A stretch of 64,000 nt of DNA from Callorhinchus milii (Eukaryota): contig NW_024704743.1 in the NCBI RefSeq assembly GCF_018977255.1, positions 9,240,001 to 9,304,000 on the forward strand. The letters are read 5' to 3'. Under the pieces are notes generated by a model that made no database searches, had not been told where the DNA came from, and saw only the letters and a program-made list of their open reading frames with translations. This document shows positions 1 through 11,830 of this stretch, one piece after another. The translations under genes were made by a program, and so were the position numbers. Every line of letters starts with the position of its first letter. The first letter of the stretch is position 1.

Positions 1-1309
1 GCACCTGCTCGGTTAGGCATATGTATTCGCCTACAAATTCACAGTCACTATACTTCACAGTAAAATCCTATGAAGTGCTTTGAAACATCTTGACAAGGCA
101 ATAAGTCGCTATTATTATTATTATATCAAATGCAAGGATTATTGTTATCATCATCATTATAACTTTCCTTGTAAGTAATGTTTGGGGAATAGAGAACGTG
201 GCTGGGGTGGGAGAGGGGAGGGGGTGCAGGGGGAAAGAAAAGATGAGAAAAACATAAATCTCATTTTAAATCACACATTGTGTGATGGCACCCTCCTTCC
301 AACATTACAAGTCAGCAAGTCAGGCACAAGAAAATAACTGTACCACACCTTGTCAACAGTACCATGGTTCACTCTCCATGTGAACAAATAACACCTTAAG
401 TGACTTGAACTTCATTAAACATTCTGACTGTGCAGTAAGACAATCAGTATTGCATCTTGCAGCATTGTACATTTGACAATCCTTCCATGTTCAATTGCAC
501 GCAGTTCTTATGTGACCTTTTTACCAGGAAAAGTGACTATTTTTTCAATGTAACAAGTACAGAATTTGGTATTATGCCTGTGTGGAAGCAGGCAAACAGA
601 GTGAGACTGGGCAACCGAGATAAACCCCCCAAAATTTAACAAACCTGTTTAAGTGGAAGGTTTCCAGTGCCTGATGAAAAAAAATATCTTCACATTGATA
701 AAGGTCCAATAAATCCCATTGAATTTACTGAGGTCACAAGCCCAGGGGAATGGCTCTCCCATGGCCCAAGTTAAAAAGAATTGCCAGTTTGATGAGATTT
801 GCATTTGGTCAAAAAAACGAGTGAGCTGAACCCAGCCCAGTCAGTGATGGCTGGAGTAAAACAACTGGTCTCATTGACCAACTTAACTTAAATTAAGTAA
901 AACTTAAGCCAGGATAACCCCCTCTTTCCCGACTCCTATTCGCTACGTGCATGATCCTTTCACTCTTAAACCTCTCTACCAAACCTTGCTACCTAGTACA
1001 AAAATGCACTTAAAAATGCTGCCTCACCAGTGAGGTATTGGAGAGGCAGCCATGACCCAACCCCAACTCCCCAGCTACAACAGGAGAGAGAGGAAATATG
1101 GTAATCGACAATCCTTAACTATTACTGAAATAATTACAGCTTCACACATTCTGTGATGCGCTTACACTGTTGTCTTCTTCCACAAAATAATCTGATTAAG
1201 TGCAGTGTAATAATATTCTACGTTACTTTCAAGGCTACAATGGCAATCCCCAACACATCATAAACAAGATCTAAACTTAGTGCATTGAAAACAGGAGCAT
1301 ATCTTATAA

Positions 1310-1660
1310 AATAATAATCCTTGCACTTAAAATAGCGGAACTGTGAAGAGTAGCGATTGCATTTTGTAGGCAAAAAAGCAGTTGATTTGTACACAGCAAT
1401 GTTGAATAAATAGCAATGAAGTAAATAACAAATTTTATCTGGGGGATTGTTGGCTAGGACACCATGAGAAACCCCCTTCTCTTTCTGAAAGGTAATCCTT
1501 GCATTTGATATAGCGCTTTTTTTGATGCCATGGGATCTTTAATATCCACCTGAACCTTGGTTTAACACCTTATCCAAATGATGGCAATGGAATGTCAGCA
1601 AAGTGGGGCTTGAACGTACAACCTTCTGACTCAGAGATCAGTGTTACCAACTGAAACAGG
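1310..1660 (-). mobile_element. Older DeuSINE (SacSINE1-like) copy
   Basis: Reverse strand reads cagttggtaacactgatctctgagtcagaaggttgt...aaagatcccatggca...ggtgtcctagccaacaatccccc, then the tail. Confidence 0.75.
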
Positions 1661-4600
1661 CTTAGACAATACCAAAAATTCCAAGAATTTTTTTTGATTT
1701 AATTGCTGATACGTCTTTTAATATGCTTTTTTTAAAAAAATTACAATCACTACATTTTATGATAAATCTTTTGAAGCACTTGGAGACTGAAGGCATTGTA
1801 TCAAATGCAAGGATTATTATTATTATTAATGAATGGAGCATATGTTTGGATCAAAATGGGAAGAGAAACACATTCAGAAGTTGACAAGAAATGGTCAAAC
1901 TGAAGGTGAAATTATACAGAGTGAAAAAATTACTGTGAAAATTAAAAGTTCAGGAAAACAACATCTCCTGAAATGACAGAACCATAATAAGATCAAATAT
2001 TGTTCATAGCAGCCTAGGATTTTTCATTAGCAACAATTGTGCGGTTTCACATAAAAGTGTGAAGAGAAACCCATTTACACGTTCAGACACAGAAAGTTGA
2101 ATGACATGCCAGTTGCCCAGAACAGTCACTGAAGTTCCATTTTAACATTTGCAAATGGAATTGTTTGAAGTTCAATGAATCATTCACTTTGACACTGTCG
2201 TTCGAAAATCCAAATTCTTGATTTTGAGCCAAATATCTTCCTTCTTATTTTAGATTTTTTTTGATCAAAAATTAAAAAAGAACCCATCTGCAATTTTCTC
2301 AAAAAAATATTAAATTGTATTCCAATACTAATTAAATTGTTTCTGTAATAAAATATCTTAAGTAGTTGTTCTATATTGGAGTTAGTGTCTCGGCTTTCAA
2401 ACAGAACAGGCCAAGAGCAAACTGAACTGAGCCTTCATGACAAAGGCTTTGAAGTCAACACACTGGATTAATTCTGGCTGACATTTGGAAGTTGGCTGAA
2501 TGCCATGAAGACTCAAGGGGGTAAGAAAATTCTCACCACGTTCCAACCATACGAGACAGATGTCTGGGAGGTCACGTGTCTGCAAAAAAATATTTTTTTA
2601 TATATATGTTGCTAACCAGCGTGCATCTTAATCGAAAAGAGGAGTTAATGAACTCCCAAACTGTGAACTGACCTCATGTATCTCCACTGCGATTTACTGC
2701 GGATAAGGGTCAATACAATTAGAATTAGAGGTACCAAGAACCACAGGAATAAAATAAACGTTGCAACAGCAGAATTAAACCATGCAAGGTTTAAAACTGT
2801 AACCCAGAAATTGTATTATTAGATTTAATCACAATTAAGACGTGGCCACTTTTTTTTAAACCCCAAACCTTGTTTCGACAATTAACTTAAGCATTCCCCT
2901 GGTGTAAGCTATTCTGATTTAAGCAGAATTTTAAATATTATACGAAAAAAACAGCTTCAGTGAAACACCCACATTATTTTTTTCTCCTTCGCCCATTGGG
3001 ATTCAATAAAAATTTGCATTCATCAATCAATGAAGACGAGAACTGAGTTAATCTTTCAAAAAAAGCTTTTTTTTAAAAAAGACAGTAAATATTCAATGTA
3101 AATAGGATGCAATGAAAAACATTTCTTTTTTTAATGCTTCAATTAAGGGCTCTTAACGGCATTTCCCTTGGAAATGAATAAAGTATATTCATTTCCGCAA
3201 ACTCAAACTACCATAGCTAGATTGTGTGGGGACCATTCAGCTCTTTGTCGCTTTATCTTTTGTCTGCAAAATTTAGAGACAATTTGCTTTCCAGCTTTGT
3301 TTTGCGATAGGAAAAAAATCTTGGGAGTTACTAAATCCAAAACACACTGTTAATTAATGTCGCTTACGATGAAAAAAAATCACAGACAATACTTTTTCTG
3401 GGGAAATATAATAGTCAGTCATCAAACATATTGAATTTAAAGGTCACATCATGTCAATCATTATAACTCCAAATGAACGCTCTTTATAGAGAAAAATGCA
3501 GCTGCCTCCCTTGCGTCTCCATCAATACTCATAAAACATAACTTACTAGCCAGACCGATTGATAAATCCCTCACACAAAAATCAATGAACAATGATCCTG
3601 CCGACCATCTTTGATAAAGCTAACAGAATCAACTAATTTCCTTTAATCTGGCAAGCTTCATTTGAGCTGCCCTCCTGTCAGTGCTCTGCTAGTTGTAGCT
3701 GACATATCCATATAAATACCTAATGCAGGGGGCTGAACTTAATCTTCACTGGCACAAGATGCTCAGCCAGAAGTATAAAACTCAAATTAACAACAACTTG
3801 CATTTATACATCGCCATTCACGCAGGATAGCGTCTTGGAACGCTGCAGAGCAGCGGAGTTGGCAGAGGTAATTGTAGGCACAGCCAAAGAGGTAAATCTT
3901 AAAGTGGGATTGAAAGATAAAAGAGGCAGAAGGATTGAAATTAAAAGGACAGTAGGGTTGGTAAGCGCTCTGGGACGCTACCCTGAGTGAGGGGAGCTAT
4001 ATAAATGCAAGTTGGTGGTGGTGGTGGTTTTTCACTATTATTTGGCACTGCCATGTTAAGACTGTGGCAATGCTTTGGCACACAGAACAGAGTTGTTAAC
4101 TACAGGGTCTGCTGTTCCCACCCAAAAAAAACAGGAAATTGAGGAGCTGCTGCTGACAACAAGAAACAACACAAAAATGAAATGCACATTGGATCAACTT
4201 TTTTATAAATGTAACCATAAGGCTTTACAAATATGATGGCATTGACAAACCATTGCAAGCCAGTGCATCACTGAGGTACGCTATTTTATTTCCCCATGTC
4301 AGTGACTCGTGAAATGGATGCGATGGGTCTAAGGTGGCACAGCTGGATAAAACACCAGTCTCAATGGAAGCCAATGAATGTCAGTCCTCACAACCAATTA
4401 ATAGGTCACAGCGGAGGTTTTGCAGCTACCATTACAAGTAAGGAGTCCACAGCACAGGGCTGCCACCAATTGACACAACACTGTGTAGATTTAGTTCAAA
4501 GAGGCAACAGTTTAATTGCAGTGCTGCAGCAGCACAAGCACATAGGAGTCTGTAGTTCAAAGGATAGTTTAGCAACATGCAGTAACTCAAAAAAACATCT

Positions 4601-5094
4601 TTACCCTAAAGTGTGCGTACACAGTGGTAAGCCTATTTATACAAGCAATCAAAAGTGTAGTGTGAATTGGAGCCAAGCTTTGGAGAGTGAGGGCAAACAG
4701 TCTGACCATTGATTTACACCACCGGAGCGTAAATGCAGGTAATGTGAATCGATTTTCCTCCCCTCACCAGAAAATGGTGCCTTAAATATTTTTGGTCAGT
4801 CAAGCACCTATTGCGGATTTTTTTTATTTTTATTGTTATCAATGCACCACCGTGTGACCATCTCTTTAATATTAAAAAGAAAACTTGGAAAACTGGAGCT
4901 TCTTGCCCGATGCTTCATTAACACATGGTGCATAACACTTTCCTAAAGCCTGGCCAGGAAGGCAAGTGACTTCCCTGCAGTAAGTGGGGCTTCACTGTAG
5001 GACGAGACACACAACAAATAGTGGAATCTGCTTCAGCCGGATGTATTGGGGCAGGGAGTTTTGTCCAATTTACCCAGCGTCCGGAGTTAACCAG

Positions 5095-5305
5095 CATAGA
5101 ATCATAGAATTATATAGCACAGAAGGAGGCCATTCGGCCTATCGTGTCTGTGCCAGCACTTTGAAGGGAGCTATCCAATTCAATCCCACTCCCCCCGCCC
5201 CCCCACTCTCCCCATAGCCCTGCAAACTTGTTCTCCCCAAATAATTATGTACTTCTCTCTTAAAAGTAGTTATCAAATCACCTTCCACCACCCTTTCAGG
5301 CATCT
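5095..5305 (-). mobile_element. CR1-type 3' end; similar pieces at about 9500, 14160, 16910, 22480, 31530, 36890, 38790, 43990, 44250 and 55165
   Basis: catagaatcatagaatt...acagaaggaggccattcggcc matches the terminus of the CR1 at 19155. Confidence 0.8.
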
Positions 5306-6432
5306 ACCATCCAGCTAAAGCGTTTCGCCCACAAGTGTGCGGTCAATTGACTTTACAGTATATTCTGTGAAGCGTTTTGAGACGTCTAGAGGACGTGAAA
5401 AATGCTATATTAATTGCAAGGATTATTATTATATCAAGCAGGTTTCACTGTAATGGGGAACATATTTCAAACACAATGTTCCTCCAACTGAAAGCAACGC
5501 ACTCCATGCTTTTAAAATGAGAGGTTATTCTATTCAAGCGTCAATCTGAAATTTTCCAGGTATGGAATGAAATGCGCACTCTTCCCCAAAGGGATGTATC
5601 CCGTTTGTCTAATTCTGGAAAATATTAGATGCAGGTTGACAAGAGCGCAGTAGTAACACCATGAAGAGCAGTGCTGCTTGTAGTTTCTTGTTCTCTTTCA
5701 TGACCTCAACATTAGAAGCAGCTCTGGACACAATGTCTAGACTGCCTCTAACCAACCATTGCTTCTAAGGCATAAAACATGGGAACAGGGCTGATGGTGA
5801 AATAAGTGGATTATTACCTGCATTAGAACACTAAGGTCTGGATTTGAATATACTTCCCGTTAAAGTAGAAAACAAATTCTGAAACATGGTGTTTAAAAGA
5901 AAAATCGAAGTTTAAACATGTCAGACAATCTGTCCACAGTGTTTGTGGCTTGAGGCGGTATCTGAAATTCAATGGGTTTATTGTCTACTCTAGTTAGGTT
6001 CTTTATTCCTGCTGACTCCTTAACTGGTTCTTGAAGCACCTTATTTAAAAAAGGCAGAAATTAAGAATTGTTCCAATTCCTAGGAGACTGAATTTCTGCT
6101 TGACCTACCCTTGAGAATATCTTAGTATCTGCAATAAATATAAAACTGGGTTAAATGGTTGTGTCTTTGAAATTGGATTTTGTAATAATGCAGAGTGAAT
6201 TCTGTGCTTCTCGATCAATGTTTGCTCAGTGTTTCACTCTTTGTATTTCACTCTTCATATTAAACTCTAGATATTACTTTTAACAGTCACAACATCGTCA
6301 ATTTATACAATATAAATAGTAACAGTCACAACATTGCTCATGGGTTCCAAAAGGAAAAAGCTTCTTAGGAGGTAAATAGCTGCCTATACTGGGTTCTGTT
6401 TCATATTGTGAGTGTGCACTTCATTCATCTCA

Positions 6433-6663
<231 letters not shown>

Positions 6664-7344
6664 TCAAACTAACGCTTAAATCACCGCCCGCTTTGTTCAG
6701 CATGAGATAATAAAACTCATACAGAACATTTATACATACCCAATGTTTACCTTGAGATAAACCTTTTTTNGCTTCTAAATTCTAGACTGAATATCCCTAA
6801 GAAAATTTTGTAAATAGACCCACGAATGAAATCACCAAGATAAATGGCAAGTTCTATACAACATATCTCTGCTGCCTGTGTGTATTTTAAATCATATTTG
6901 CCTAGGCTAGCTTTCAAGTGTATACAGAGAATTAGATGATGTATAGAAAGGGTCTGATAATGATCTGGGGTCACTGCCAGACAAAATAAAAGCTGAAATG
7001 TTATATTTATAGTGTTATTAGTGGTATCACATTCTTGGTTCTGCAAGGAGTTATTTAACCTTCCTGATGAAGGCTACCGAATTTGACAAAAACTCAAATA
7101 ATCCTTGCAGATTTATCTTCTTTTCTTCCTCGTCGGCCAGTTACCATCACACATTATTCTGCAACCACAATGATAGCAATAGTCGAGAGGTCACCAGAAA
7201 TACTTAGGTGATCAGCTCACAGCAGGCATGATCCAAGTAAGAATATGTCCTGAAACTAAATTGCTGTTTTTATTAGGGGGAGGTAACAAGAAATGATCAC
7301 CAGAAGATGGGATAATTACTGAGAAGCTACATCTAAACCACAAA

Positions 7345-7380
7345 CCCCTTCCCCCCGCCCCCCCCCCCCCCCACCCCCCC
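7345..7380 (+). repeat. Poly-C tract (G-run on the pard3 sense strand)
   Basis: ccccttccccccgcccccccccccccccaccccccc. Confidence 0.9.
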
Positions 7381-7798
7381 AAAAAAAGCACGAAGCCCCA
7401 AGCTGTGAGCTGACAAGTTTCAGTAAGAGACGACTGAGACTTGCAACAATGACCTTTTGAATAGGGGGTCAACTCCCCACAGAGTGTGGGTGCATGTATG
7501 CACACATACGTGTGTGTGTGATCTTCTCCTTTTTAAATAATATGCAGGGTAAATGCATTCCAAGGAGTTTTCAACAACCATTTGTTCTCCATCTACAGCA
7601 TTTTTCCAATTGATATGGTGCATTTCTTAATTCGGGCCATTTCCCCCCAAATGAACAAAGAATATAATTCAATATTATATTTAACATATAATTTAATATA
7701 TTACATCATATATTATATTACACCATCCAATGATTGTCTTGACTTACAGAGCTTCTAATAGACAAATGTATTTTTGTGCTTAATGCCAGTAACACTTA

Positions 7799-8008
<210 letters not shown>

Positions 8009-8396
8009 CTAATAGAGAAGTTGTTAAAATGTTATTAATTCATAAAGAAGAGTATAGGTCATCACTGTTTATCTGTTTTGCATCAAGCTACACTGGTGGC
8101 ATTTGAAATACGTCTTCAGAATTGTGTCATTCCTATATTTGAGAACTTTGAAAGGCTGCATAAGATAAGAATAGCTGCTGGCAACTCATCATGGACTGCA
8201 CTTGCGATGCCTCAGTGGGATGTGGTTGTGGAACCATATAGTTCAGGAAGGTTTCAAACTTAATCTGTGTTAAATCAACAGGTGTTAAATCAACTCCCAG
8301 CTGGGGTGGTATTGGGAACTCTAATTGTTCTCAACTTCCCTCAGCTTGGGGTGAGGGATATATCTAGATACCAAAATATTGCATCTAGATATAATA

Positions 8397-8579
8397 CAGT
8401 AAAACATGCATAAGTCTGATCTATCTAAATCATATAATTGCTTAAGTCGTACAACTGCACAAGTCCAGTTAGATTTCCTTTAACGTATGGAAGTTTTACA
8501 TAACTCATATTTTGCATAAGTCATATTAAATGCATCTATGTATTAAACCTAACTGATATGACCTATGTGAGGTTTACTG
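8397..8579. mobile_element. Tc1/mariner (Tigger/pogo-like) MITE
   Basis: Imperfect TIRs CAGTAAAACATGCATAAGTC and GACCTATGTGAGGTTTACTG. Preceded by TA; the right flank is TT. Confidence 0.6.
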
Positions 8580-9220
8580 TTTAGCAAATTAGAAACCCAA
8601 ACCTTATAACCTAACGACCAATCAGTATCTTGTGAAGTCTACATTGCCTCCTTTGAAATTAGCTTTATATGTAAAAAAAAGTCACAACTAGAATGCTTAA
8701 GCAAATTTAAAAATGTTAGGCAAAAAGAAGTAGCAGAAAATGCAGCTGTTGATGCTATTTCACATTCCAGCGTTTATAAATCTGGTAAGCGCAATGCATG
8801 GTGAAGAGTTCTTAAAAAAAAGTCCTATTTGCGTATTGGTTCATTGTCCTCTGATGTTTGGAATGCAAGTTGTCCAATACAAAATAGCACTTGTACAGCG
8901 GTTTTCACGTCGGAAGGACGTCCCAAGGTATACAGGTTTAATAATGAACCAAGTGTAAAAACACAGCTCATCAAAAAAATTGGGAATCCCAGTGTGTTGA
9001 GGAAAGAGTCACAGGTTACAGCTGCCAGGAAAGCTCGATTAACTGGAAAGGAGCTTCATTAGTGTTCTGTGCACAGGTCTGCAAATTCAGCCCCTGCTAA
9101 AATGTACTTATTTTCTCAAAGGCCTTTACTCATTAACCCAGTTTTGACATGAACTATCAAAATGTCAGTTCCCACGTCAGGAAACTAATGTATTCTATCT
9201 TTTGAACAAATAGGTATCAC

Positions 9221-9288
9221 ATAGTCTAGGGTAACACTCCAATGCAGCACTACACCTAGTGCTGCATTGGAGTGTTACTCTCGACTAT
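9221..9288. repeat. Near-perfect inverted repeat: 32-bp arms, 4-nt loop
   Basis: atagtctagggtaacactccaatgcagcacta-cacc-tagtgctgcattggagtgttactctcgactat; 30 of 32 Watson-Crick pairs. Confidence 0.95.
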
Positions 9289-9704
9289 TGTCGGAGGTCC
9301 CATCTGCCTGTTAGAGATCTCAAGGCAACTATTTGAAACGAGAAGTATGACAACCCACAGATGTGAAAGTTGTTGCACCAAATACAAGGGTTATTATGTC
9401 ATGCATCATATCCATTGACATGTCACTTATCTACTGATTCAAGATGTGCACTAATCTTCAAAGCTTCCTTCGGAATCTGGGCACACCAGATATATATATA
9501 GAAACAGGAGTAGCCCATTCAGCCCCTCGAGCCTGTTCCACCATTCTATTAGATCATGACTAACCTGTACTTCAACTCCAAAAAAAAATGATGTTCCCCC
9601 ACTCATCTTCCTTCATTGGGTGGAGGATTAACACAAGATATGATATAAATAAAGAATAAAATCCTTATTGAAAGCACTTTCATTTTCAGGCTAAAGGTAC
9701 GACG

Positions 9705-9759
9705 AGATAGGACTTGGTATAAAAAAGATAGGACTTGGTATAAAAAGGTATAAAAAAGA
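9705..9759 (+). repeat. 21-bp tandem duplication plus a partial third unit
   Basis: agataggacttggtataaaaa twice, then ggtataaaaaaga. Confidence 0.9.
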
Positions 9760-10239
9760 CAAGATGCAACTGGAGACCCCTTACATTAACCTTAAAGGAG
9801 CACCACACTGAATCTGCTCTAAAGCAATCAATTCCTAAAGTAGAGTTCCTGCAGGTTAGCGTCTAGGCTGAGTCACATTAGATTTAGCTGTTTCACTCCT
9901 CACTGACCATTTAACATACTGCCAGAATTATATCGGAGACTTGCTTCAAGGAGTTCAATCTCGTGCAGTCTGATGGGTAAGAGATGCAACATTGTCAAAG
10001 CAAGCCCCGAGGAACCCCAGCCCAATACATTTTTATTTAGCATGGATTATTATACTGGTGCAACAGGAGAAGCCAATAGCTCATTGCAATGTTTAATTAT
10101 GGATGTACATAACTTTGGTCAGTTACGCTATCCCCAGTTCTGGCTGAACAGTTAATTTCAATTAACTAGTGTTCCCTTTTATGCCACTCATTCTTCTGCA
10201 GCAAATTCCTGCTTTAGTGGAGGTGGGAAGGGAAAAATA

Positions 10240-10630
10240 AAATAGCAATTTTTACATTTGTTATAGACTCTGTCACGTCAGGAGGGTATCGTCAGGTGTT
10301 TCACAAGATATACTGCAAATAAGTACGTGCTTTGTTGGGAATCATGGCAGCCAATTTGCACACAGCAATGTCCTACAAACAGCCTAAAATTCAGTGACTG
10401 AATTTTATTTGGGGGATTGTTGACCAAAACAACAGGAGAAACTTCCTTCTGTTTTTGAATAGTGCCACGGCATCCTTAACATCCATCTGAACAGGTAGAA
10501 GGGGCCTCGGTTTAATGTCTCATCCAAAGGGGGGGACTCCCAATAATGCAGCACACTCCCAGCACTGCATTGGAATGTCAGCCTAGACAATGCGAGCTCC
10601 AAGTCCTGATGGATTGGATCAACACATAAG
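10240..10630 (-). mobile_element. Older DeuSINE (SacSINE1-like) copy
   Basis: Deu-type body on the reverse strand: ggctgacattccaatgcagtgctgggagtgtgctgcatt...ggatgagacattaaaccgaggccc. Confidence 0.8.
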
Positions 10631-11424
10631 GATTTATTATTGAATGGACAATCTGGTTGCAGAGTCGTTGCTTCAGATACTTGTGACCTGTGAGCTCTTC
10701 CAGCCACCAGCAACTTTCTCTCTGGCTGTCTTTGGAAACTTCTGCCAATTTCATAGGATTAATTGTGTGATTCAAAAGAAAGCAATACCATGTCAGATAC
10801 AGCAAAAGCCTTTCTCTGCAGTTGACAGATTTTGAATCCAAGACTTGGAATAAATCCAATAGCCAAACAGATCAGGTCAGCACTTGAAACTTGTTCAAAC
10901 AAAATAAATCCCCCCCCCCCCCAAGGCTGAAAATAGACATAGGATTGTAAGAGAAAATTTTCTCTCTCTCCCGGGAGAAGTTTGAATGCAATTGGAATGG
11001 GAATAAAAGAAATACATGGTCATTGGGGATGGGGAGGAGGAGAGTCTTAAATAGTGCAAGGGAAGAGGGAGTTACTTAACTCCAGCTGGAAAAGCCTTAA
11101 AGTGAGAAACATCCTGTGCCATTTCCCGCCCTGGGAAACAAAGCGCTTTTGTGATTCATAAGTTCAAAACAATTCAATTTGCTAAGTGTTGTTGGTTGAT
11201 GCCATCTTATGTGTATGCTTCTCTCCAGCTATGTCTATATACTATACACAGAGACAATCACAAGGAGGGTAACACTGTATGAGCCAGGGGTTCACTGGTG
11301 GAACAAATCCTATAATTCACCTCCACGGAATGCTCACAATAACAAATTTGACTTTAATGGCACTTTTGAGGATCTGATGGCAATTCATAGAATCATAGAA
11401 TTATAGTCACAACGTTAATAGATA

Positions 11425-11830
11425 GTCAGCCAGCTTAGTTGGTAGCCTCTTGAGTCAGAAGATTGTGGGTTATCATTCCACATCAAAACTTAGGACTCTT
11501 AAATCCGCGGCTGACACTTCAATGCAGTGTTGCAGGAACATTGCATTGTCAGAGATACCACCTTTGGAGTGAGACATTAAACTAAGGCTCTGTTCAGGGG
11601 CCTGAGCAGGTGCTCATTGAGCATCCCATGGCTCTATTCGAAAAGAAAGGTTTCTCCTGGTATCCTGGCCAACAATTTCCCAGCCGCTTCATGGCTGTTT
11701 TTATGGGCCACAGGTTTGTGTAAATTCCCTGCTGTGTTCACCTAAACTACACAGTCTGTATACTTTACAGTAAAATCCTGTTAAACACTTTGATAACATG
11801 ATATGACAAAAGGATTATTATTATTTATAA
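11425..11830 (+). mobile_element. Older DeuSINE (SacSINE1-like) copy, near full length
   Basis: gtcagccagcttagttggtagc...gagtcagaagattgtgggtt head, Deu-type body, aaggattattatt tail. Confidence 0.8.

Noticed and set aside
4296..4712. 138-aa plus-strand ORF (likewise 17378..17737, 28058..28417, 44309..44890, 46688..47074)
   Set aside because: No recognisable domains; chance intronic ORFs, antisense to exons, or overlapping TE relics.
6747..7046. 99-aa minus-strand ORF ending near a donor-like aag|gtaaac
   Set aside because: No recognisable homology, AT-rich intron composition, and it contains an ambiguous base (n at 6770).
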